A DNA stretch of 20,000 bases from Seison nebaliae (Eukaryota): positions 112,609 through 132,608 of the forward strand of contig JALJEE010000149.1 of the NCBI GenBank assembly GCA_023231475.1. The letters are read 5' to 3'. Made by a program: the position numbers and the translations under genes. Positions 11,610 to 19,920 of the stretch are shown here, piece after piece (position 1 is the first letter of the stretch; each line of letters starts with the position of its first letter). The notes beneath the pieces were generated by a model that saw nothing but the letters and a program-made list of their open reading frames with translations, did not search any database and was not told the DNA's origin.

Positions 11610-13585
11610 TTAATTTTTCTCTAAAACATTTGTTTCTCCGTAAAATTTTTTCAAAATTAATTCAAATTTCACTAATAATTGATCGATCTCTTCCCAAGTC
11701 ATTCCAACGGCAACAGCGAATGTTATATAAGGAACGTTTGAGAATTGTTGATTATTCGAATGACTACCCCAATTGGTTATAAGAAGATCATCGATATGCA
11801 TATCTTTGACACCTGTAACGACTCTGAATTGAAAATGAAATAGAAATAAAGATGAATAATTGATTGAATGGAACCGAGCTCCTGATACACATGAATGATA
11901 AAGTTGAGCGCCGATATCTTCGATAGCTACGTCTCTCAATCCTTTCAATTGATGTAAAGTAAATGCTAAATAATTAATGAATAATAATAAATTGATAATA
12001 TCATCCAACCAATACTTATATTATTATGAGGAGAATATAATAATTTCTCTTTATAATCAATTGCCAATTCATTCAATCTCTCATATAATTTCTTATGTAA
12101 TTCCACTCGATCTAATAATAATTTCTTCCAACCTTTTCTTCCCAACGATAACAAAGTGATAAAAACATCTAATGATGATGACGCTGATGCACGACCACAA
12201 TAAGATTGAGCCAATTCCTTTATATGATTTTTATTATTCGAACATATGACAGATCCGCCTACTGGAACTAAAAAATTCTTATCGACCGATTGAATCACAT
12301 AACTAATTCCTCCGATTTTGAAACCCTAAAAATTAATCATGAAAAAATTTTCTCGATAATTCCTCAACTTGTTCAATTTCATGACAACATTTCGTTGATT
12401 GAATTCCATAAGCATTATTTACAAGTTGAGGAATGTGATATTTTTTAGAGAGTTTCGAAATCTCTTCAATTCTTTCAAAATTTGAATTTTTGATATGAAA
12501 AAAAATAGATTTAATTTAACTTATCACAAGATCTGGGTGCAAAACATGAAGTTGTTGAGAGAATACAAACAATCTCATCAGATCGTTCACGTACAATCTC
12601 CTCAATCTTCTCAACATCCGTTTCCAATCCCAAATTATTCTTATTGTATTTATCTAATATCGGTTCGATGATAATGGGAATAAGTCCTAAAATTTGCAAA
12701 TTAAAAAAATCTTCTCAATCGAATAAGAGAATGAACCTGCAGTTACGATCGATTTCAAACAAGATTTCTGATCAATTCTTGGCATTATCACGAATTTTGC
12801 ATTATTCTTTCTCTTCTTTTTCAAATACAACATACAAAACACCAATGTCATACCAGTAGCCATTGGAGTGATAAATGAAGATTTGACGGATGTGATTCCT
12901 TTGAAATTAAAATAAATTTTCAAAAAAAAATTTCTAATGGAACCACTCAAATTGATGATCTGTTTCACCAATTTATTCGTCAAATGATTAACGAGAGAAG
13001 AACCAGCCGCTTTCGGTTGACATGCCAAAATGTCACCAGATCGTCCAATTCCGTGAGCGAAACTGAAAAAGGAATTTCAGGGAATTAGATGGAAAATAAA
13101 AACTTAAAATGACGTTTGGCAACTAAATTGGATTGAACTCTTCCTTCTCTCTCACCAGCTCCACAACGATCAATGAAATTATTATTGTCCATCTCCGACA
13201 ATTGAAGTAGAATACGTTCAATTAACAAGTTATCAAAACCATTTTCTGGTAGCTCTCCCTGGTTCACATGATTTCAGAAGATTACGAATCAATTTCACAA
13301 AATTATAATTTTCCAAGAAAAATTGTTGAAAAGATAAATTTTTCAAAAAATTTATTTTTCGAGAAATTTGGAGAAATTAAATTTTTTTTTAAAATTTTAC
13401 AAATTATTTTTTTATTTGAAAAAACAAAACGATAATTTGATTTTTGAAGGAATATTATTGAAATAGGAAGAATGATTGACGAGTGGAAGAACTTGGGAAA
13501 TGAAGTTTTTTATGATTTTTTCTCGTTTCTCCGATGCTATTTGTCCGTATTTGTAGAGAGTTTGTGGGATGATTTGATTGTTCAT
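11610..13585 (-). CDS. SEPSECS: O-phosphoseryl-tRNA(Sec) selenium transferase. Exons 13585-13493, 13258-13104, 13062-12944, 12898-12737, 12686-12521, 12471-12369, 12325-12010, 11965-11875, 11823-11610
   Basis: GEREGRV, HGIGRSGD, QPKAAGSS, PMATGMTL, PRIDQKSC, STTSCFAPR, VNNAYG, QSVDKNFLVPVGG (PLP lysine), GRAS, VSGARVV. Eight GT-AG introns keep frame. Exon 1 (MNNQIIPQTLYKYGQIASEKREKIIKNFISQ) aligns to the SepSecS N-terminus. Confidence 0.95.
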
Positions 13586-13608
13586 AATTCCACGAGGAAA
13601 TTAATCGT

Positions 13609-14076
13609 TCATAAACTCAATAGAAATAGCTTATAATTGAAATAGAGAAGAATGTAACTGAGAAGATAAGTGGAATAACAAATAACACAGATCTCTTTCA
13701 ATTTGAAAGCGAGAATGTAGAAGAGATAAATACAGACAAGTGATGATGTGACAGATGCCAGAAACAGAGAAAAATAGAAAAAAGTGTAAGGGAGGAAGAG
13801 TGTGATAAGAAATTCGGTGGAATACATGATCAATCCAAACATTGCATTATCCAAATTGAATGGACTATTCCGTCCAACGATCTTATGGAGAAATCCAAAT
13901 CCAGTCGAATATTCCGATGTCAATGCGGTTAAACAATTCGCCCGATCTCTAATATTGCACATTGGCACGTAATTTTCATCTTTTTTCGACCTCTTCTTTA
14001 TGTGGAGCGTGTAAAGACAAAGACCAATTCCAATGGTCGATGCGATATTAGCTAGAATCGTATAAGACACAATCAT
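13609..14076 (-). CDS. VKORC1: Vitamin K epoxide reductase (VKORC1/VKORC1L1 family), intronless, 155 aa
   Basis: LYTLHI...YVPMCNIRDRANCLTALTSEYSTGFG with both loop cysteines, NAMFGLIMY, and the redox CxxC in EICVICYSTY; several hydrophobic helices. Confidence 0.93.
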   Translation of the reverse strand: MIVSYTILANIASTIGIGLCLYTLHIKKRSKKDENYVPMCNIRDRANCLTALTSEYSTGFGFLHKIVGRNSPFNLDNAMFGLIMYSTEFLITLFLPYTFFYFSLFLASVTSSLVCIYLFYILAFKLKEICVICYSTYLLSYILLYFNYKLFLLSL

Positions 14077-14695
14077 TTCTCTCACGATCGATGAGGGATG
14101 AGCGAGCTAAAATTTCACAGTAATTAACTAGCACACGAATCTTAAGCGACAAGAAAATGGAATAGAAAGAAAATAGAAAGAAAATAGAAAAAACACAAAA
14201 ATATTGTATGAAATATTTCTTAAAGTTATATAATCCAAAATTTTCATCATCTTTTCATTGTTTTGGAAGATGAAAATAATTCTATCACTTTTCTCATTTA
14301 TCTTTTGTGAACGAATGAATGAATGAATAAATAATAATAATAATAAAAGAAGATGTTTTCATAGACTATATGTGATGGTTGGAATATAATTCAAATTTTA
14401 TGTACAAAATAATTCTTTATGAGAATATTATTATGTTGAAAGGCAACCGAACTTCATTCAACAATTACGTTCTATTACATCACTCGTCGACAATTGAGGA
14501 AATAATATTCTCTTCTTCAGCATCTCTTTCGAAATTAATGAAAGGAAAATGAGAAAATTATTTCTAATAATTATTCTATCGTCATCCAGAAGAAAATTTC
14601 AAAGAAAATTCTTTTCATTTCATTATTATTATGGAATTCCTGTTTATGGTGTGTCATGATTAAACTTTAATTTGATTAAATATATCGATATTTAT

Positions 14696-16261
14696 TTAGA
14701 TTTCATTCGATTTCTCATATAATATTGGAACTCCTTTCAATGTCGATGCCAATGCTGGTAATTCTATGAGGATTATAAAAAAATAGAAAAATTCAAATAA
14801 AATTTATGAAACCATCATTTTTGAACATCGAATTCCAATGAAATGTATTATGATCTTGAATACAAAATTGGACATTCAACATCCCTTCGAAATCGGTATA
14901 ATACATTATGTAGAAATTACACATTTCATCGGAATGTTTTGCTCTGAAATTTTACAAGAATAAAATTTTCATATTTAAAATTTTAACCCGATATTTGTGT
15001 AACGATTCCTTTTCATACTGTTCATCGTACATCTGGATGCAAGTACGTCATTTTGAGAAATTTTGAAGTTATTTGGTAATGTGCTCTCATAAAACATCTG
15101 GTCAAATGAGAGAGAAATTAATGAAAGAATTCTATGGAACTTGTGGTTGTTGAGGAGAATTTCTTCCGATTTCGTACCAAATTCTAGTTCCGTTCACTTC
15201 CTTAATCACATAACCAGAATTCACTCGTCCTAAGGAATGAGCATGGACACGATAAGCAATCGGATACATGTTTATCTCGTTCGATAAAACACAACCACTT
15301 TCCATATGAAAATCTTGAAATAATTAAATTCATAAATTTGACAGAAAAAAAAATTGAAAAACTTTTGATTTTTGGTGGTATGAATCCAACGGTAGCTAAT
15401 ACATAATAACCCAATTGATATTTTGTTCTTTTGATTAAAAGTGATTTTATTGAATTATTCAAATTTTTAAATTAACTTTTTCCCTGTCGTATGGAGAATA
15501 ATTCCACTATGATCATCTTTTCATTAAAAAAAACGAATGAATTATTTGAATTCTAATTTAACTTTTGGATGGAGTTTTGTAATGTAATTGAATTACCAAA
15601 TATTTAATATTCGTATTCTTCCCAATACGAAAAGAGACGTCTATTCTAGACAATTGATCATATGAGATTCTAGAAAGAATTGAAACGTTTTGGCAGAATT
15701 TTATGGGTGGCATTCATTGCCCATGCATAAATAATATTTTCTACTTTACCTTCATTCTCTGTCAATTCTCCACATATCGGATACTCGGCTGCTTCATCAC
15801 ATTTCCATTGACGACGATTTTCATTTCCTGGAATAAGACATCCATAAATCATCATATGATGAATCAATGAAGCATTCGCTCTTGGTTCATAGGCGGCTGA
15901 ATATTGACAAAAATAGAAGATTTAATAGTTCGATTAAAATGAAGTTAAACTAATATAAATTTGTTCGTCATCAATTTTTGTCGATCTACATAGAAGATCA
16001 TCTCCCAAAAATATTTAATTAATTTAATTATATATCAATTAATTTTAGGCAAATTATTCAACTGTATCGGCATCAAGTCCATCCATTTTCAGATGGAGTT
16101 TGGAGTATGTTTTGTCATTCTCCCGATTCTCGTTCTGAACAAATTGATCGATAATCGCAACATTAACATTTGTAAGAACGAACCTCAAAATTTATAATGT
16201 CATCATAACCTTTGCTGATGATTATATGAACGATGAGTATCGAAATTGAAATAAGTTTCAT
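14696..16261 (-). CDS. PHM: Monofunctional peptidylglycine alpha-hydroxylating monooxygenase, ~359 aa. Exons 16261-16184, 16134-16063, 16005-15951, 15896-15687, 15640-15563, 15516-15477, 15427-15363, 15313-15141, 15097-14988, 14943-14813, 14763-14696
   Basis: Signal peptide; copper ligands in IHHMMIYGC, YLVIQLHY, YRVHAHSLG and DEMCNFYIMYY; also IYAWA and SPQQPQMFY. No PAL domain follows. The intron 2 acceptor is non-canonical (see findings). Confidence 0.92.
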
Positions 16262-16590
16262 TTTCAATATTTTTTAAAAGTTCCCAAATACTTTTTTCTA
16301 AATTTACTATGATTCTTGTTTGTTTAAGAAATAAAAAGGTTTATTAAGCATAAAATTTCTCATATTCTCATATTGACTTTAATTTTATCACACATATAAC
16401 ATAATTCATAAAGGACACCATCGTTTTCAAATAAGTTTCCAAAGATATGACATTCCTCAAACTATAATTATGAAGAGATTTTTAAAATGTTATTGACTGA
16501 TTATCAATGATGAAGTTATAAACAAAATTATATATATTTATAGTTAATCAAAATCGTTTAACAAATAGTCGGCGGAATATTTATTGACAT

Positions 16591-16670
16591 GGAATAAATT
16601 AATTTATTCCAATGTAATTGGGAATAATCCAACAATTGTTGGAAAATTCTAAAACTGAGTAATTGGGAAT
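16591..16670. repeat. Two adjacent perfect palindromes and a 12-bp direct repeat
   Basis: GGAATAAATTAATTTATTCC (16591-16610), TCCAACAATTGTTGGA (16628-16643), and GTAATTGGGAAT at 16614 and 16659. Confidence 0.8.
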
Positions 16671-16713
16671 TTGAAAAATAAAATTGTTAAGGTTTTTGAT
16701 TTTCTTTTTTTAT

Positions 16714-17199
16714 TTATCCACTCCAGACATGATATGGTTGAAGGATTAGTATGAGAAACATACTAGAAAAAGTACAAGTACCAGAAGACCGTCTTTTGGA
16801 AGCATGTATACTATATCGAGAAGGTATTCTACTAAATCTTGCCGCGTTAATCACAGCAGGTATCGCGGCCCTCGATCCAAGTTTAATAAATAATCGAAAT
16901 AATGACTTTCTGGAAGTTATATTAAATTTAAAGAAGTATAATTAAACGAGATGTTTAAAGAAATAACCTTGTTTCTATCACCGGGTCTATTGTAGTTATT
17001 TCGTGTCTGTTATTCATAGGATCTATTAAATCCTCCTAAAATTGAATCATATTAAAGAATCAAAACTGAAAGTATTAACAGAAAAATCGAAATCATCAAA
17101 AATCTTAAAATTTCTGTTATTAGTATCGATGTACGTTGAATTGAAAAGAGAAAATAAAAGAGGAAATAAAATACATAATGTTAAATTTGGAATATTCAT
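16714..17199 (-). CDS. Putative 127-aa secreted prepropeptide (signal peptide, acidic pro-region, cationic peptide). Exons 17199-17080, 17035-16968, 16909-16714
   Basis: Two introns (44 and 58 nt, GTT...AG like the others) join an open frame: MNIPNLTLCILFPLLFSLFNSTYIDTNNRNFKIFDDFDFSEDLIDPMNNRHEITTIDPVIETRKSLFRLFIKLGSRAAIPAVINAARFSRIPSRYSIHASKRRSSGTCTFSSMFLILILQPYHVWSG*. AATAAA directly follows the stop. No homology recognised. Confidence 0.65.
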
Positions 17200-18830
17200 T
17201 CTGGTAGAAACAGATTACCAACAGTTTGTTCTAAATACCTAACAACAATTAAATAATGAATTATTATTATTATATACACCCAAGAATATAGACTAATTAT
17301 GGAACATTTTAATTTATCCCGACGATAATTTTGATAATAAATAATAATAATTAATAATAAAATATTAGAATTTCCCAATACATTTACAGACCAAGAATAA
17401 TAGCTCATGAACTTTAACAATGCGAAGAGACATTCAGTCACTATCAGTCATTATCAAAGTTACATGTTACAGACTCTATGTTATACTCATAGACAAAGAG
17501 AAGAGATGGTCAAATGATCATTCGTAAGAATCATTAATGAGAGAAAGAACCGTTCAAATAATCGTTCGTATTAAATAAATGAGTAATGATCATAATAGAA
17601 TAATGATATAGTCAATCAATGGATAAACTAACGGCAGGTTTTTACAACATAAAATAAATGATTATAATTATAAATTTAGATTGTGGCAAAAGTAGAAATG
17701 TGGCGATGAAAATATTGTCGTTCTTTGAAAAAGACAACTCTCACTGAACCAATAATTTATCATTTGTCATTTGTTTCATTTTCAAAATTTCAAATAAAGA
17801 TTCATCATCTTATTCGGTTAATCCAATTTATTTATTATAATACGAATTTAATTTAGAATTTAGAAAAATAAATTTTCTGACCCAATTTCCAATCGGACAA
17901 TAACTTCGTATAGCCTTAAGATTTTTTTTGCACTGATACTTCCTATTGACGTAAATAAGAGACGTTCAAGATTTAAGATTTACCTAATAAGATAAGTTTT
18001 AAGTAAAAATACGCCCAAAAGACTATAATTTTGATCACTTGTGCCAAAGCTTTATCAAAAATTGTCGAATGGACAATTATTAACTCATAATTATATAATA
18101 ATTATTATTAATTAATTATAAGAATTATATAACTTATTATTTCTGAAATTAAAGGTTTTAAATTATTTTAATGAAAAATTGTTATGTAGTATATTTAAAG
18201 GTTGTTATGTTAATAGTATTCATGTCTACAGAAAATGAATAAACATTTCTTATGTCTAAAACTGAACCTAAAATATCTTCAACATCGGAAATGAATTTAG
18301 CGTGGGAAATTTTTGTCTTTATTGGAAAGTGTCTTTATTATTCTTCAATCTAAATCAGAAAATGTGATATTATCACCAATCACTTTAAAAATTGACGTTA
18401 AAATTGTGTTCCCTAAAAGTAGTTTTTTCTGAAATATTCAATTTCCGATGTCATTTCGGGCCCACTAATTTTCCGAATATCATTCAAAACTTGTCCTTCA
18501 TTTCTCTCCTACACAATTTTGCCTAACTTGAGTTCTCAGCACACGTCATTATTGTGCGCTGGTCAACTATGCCATTCGTAATCCGTGTGAGTATCGATTT
18601 ATAATTCATCTATTTTCTTCTTATTTCCATAAAAGGTTTGTTGAAGGTTAGGTGAAATTAGAAAGAATGGGAAAATCAATATCAATCGTCAGTTTCTGTC
18701 GAAGTTATAATAATTGGAAGGAATTTTATGAAACATATATATCTGTTTTTGATCTTCCCTAACTTATTCAGAATCTAAGAATTTACTAACATTTTCATTC
18801 TCTCATTTGTTTTTTGTTTTGTTTTTCAAC

Positions 18831-19604
18831 ATGTGCGATATATTAATATTATTCAGGTTGAGTATTCTGATAGTACTGTCGAATGGTGATAGAAGTGCCT
18901 TGTTTGTTAAAATAAATGATAAGAGAAATGTTGGTCTGAATAAGAATATACGATCTATTTATAATTGCATGTCAGATTTAGCATGCACTGGATTGAATAT
19001 GTATGGTATGAAATGTTTCGACCGTTGTTTCGAACAAACCTGGAGAAAAAATATTCTTTCAACGACCACTACAACTAGTACCATAACTACCACCAAAATT
19101 AGCACTATAACCACTACTGTAACTACCGATATAACTACTACGATAACGACCACCATAAGTACTACGAGTACAACTATCGGTGATTCATGTGAAGAACTCG
19201 ACAGATCTTTCGTAGATATGTCAAAAGAATTCAAATTTGCAATGTTTGAGGACGAACATCAATTTTTTGGTCGGTCATGGAGAGATTATAAATGCGGGTT
19301 CTTTCATTCTCAAAATAATTACTACTTAGGAAACGAATTTCTTCGTCAAATGGTTCATAACCAAATGGTAAAAAATTTAAAGTTCATGCGATCTCCTATG
19401 TTTGATGATTTTCAGAATCCAATTATTGATTCGGAAAAGAACGGTTATGTTATTACTACAACAACACCCATTTTTTCTAGAAGTCCAAAATTTATAACGC
19501 AAGATCGAAATGACGGAATTGATTGCCTAACCGGTCAACCTTACGGATTTTGGTCGAGACAGTGTACATTAATCGGTCAAATAAGTATTGTAATAACCGT
19601 ATAA
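18831..19604 (+). CDS. Secreted protein with Cys-containing N-terminal module, Thr-rich stalk and degenerate fibrinogen-related (FReD) domain
   Basis: Signal peptide MCDILILFRLSILIVLSNG; Thr tract; FReD motifs FFGRSWRDYKCGF, YYLGNE, FITQDRND..C...GFW...C. Confidence 0.7.
   Translation: MCDILILFRLSILIVLSNGDRSALFVKINDKRNVGLNKNIRSIYNCMSDLACTGLNMYGMKCFDRCFEQTWRKNILSTTTTTSTITTTKISTITTTVTTDITTTITTTISTTSTTIGDSCEELDRSFVDMSKEFKFAMFEDEHQFFGRSWRDYKCGFFHSQNNYYLGNEFLRQMVHNQMVKNLKFMRSPMFDDFQNPIIDSEKNGYVITTTTPIFSRSPKFITQDRNDGIDCLTGQPYGFWSRQCTLIGQISIVITV
19061..19177 (+). repeat. Thr-rich (ACN)n low-complexity coding tract
   Basis: Repeated ataactac/accac units encoding STTTTTSTITTTKISTITTT... Confidence 0.85.
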
Positions 19605-19864
19605 TAAACACAATTTGAATCTTAATTCAACCAGTGAAAATAATTATTTAGTTCTTTTTGGATATTCTTGTAAACTTGGGAACTCAAATTGATCTGTTCA
19701 AAAATTTCATACTAACAGACATAAAAAACGACGGAAAACTTTATTCATTATTTTTTTCAATTAAAAGCAATGGTATATAAACTGTTGTGTAATTTATATT
19801 CTATTGTAGTTCATCATAAATTGTCTAACATAATCATAATCAATCCGATAATCGGTTACGGTTG

Positions 19865-19920
19865 ACGGAGAAAAGGGCGCCCAGCTTGATTTTTTGAAAA
19901 AAACGGAAAAAAGGGCGCCC
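19865..19920. repeat. 18-bp GC-rich direct repeat pair, possibly a DNA-transposon subterminal repeat
   Basis: ACGGAGAAAAGGGCGCCC (19865-19882) and ACGGAAAAAAGGGCGCCC (19903-19920), 17/18 identical. Confidence 0.6.

Noticed and set aside
13259..13310. Apparent frameshifted SepSecS N-terminus (LIRNLL...) and an ATG-TGA start-stop at 13269-13264
   Set aside because: Both lie inside intron 1; the upstream exon 13585-13493 supplies the N-terminus in frame, so no frameshift or uORF is needed.
13609..14076. VKOR as a selenoprotein
   Set aside because: All four catalytic positions are Cys codons, there is no internal TGA, and I saw no SECIS.
14430..14640. Possible extra PHM exon or small ORF between PHM and VKOR
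   Set aside because: No splice combination gave a convincing extension and there is no PAL similarity.
2021..16261. Fragmented ORFs suggesting pseudogenes or an alternative genetic code
   Set aside because: All breaks but one are resolved by short GT-AG introns under the standard code; TAA and TGA act as normal stops.
16751..17441. ORF-track calls 16751-16945 (+), 17042-17242 (+) and 17196-17441 (-)
   Set aside because: The first two are antisense shadows of the spliced peptide gene; the third is low-complexity AT-rich sequence with no recognisable features.
18530..18565. Imperfect hairpin CAGCACAC...GTGCGCTG as a SECIS or Helitron end
   Set aside because: No SECIS core geometry with paired flanks, no nearby selenoprotein and no other Helitron evidence.
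2257..19234. Short antisense or overlapping ORFs (e.g. 2257-2454, 2859-3125, 6754-6963, 10176-10468, 10907-11374, 18959-19234)
   Set aside because: They overlap well-supported genes and show no motifs; expected shadows.
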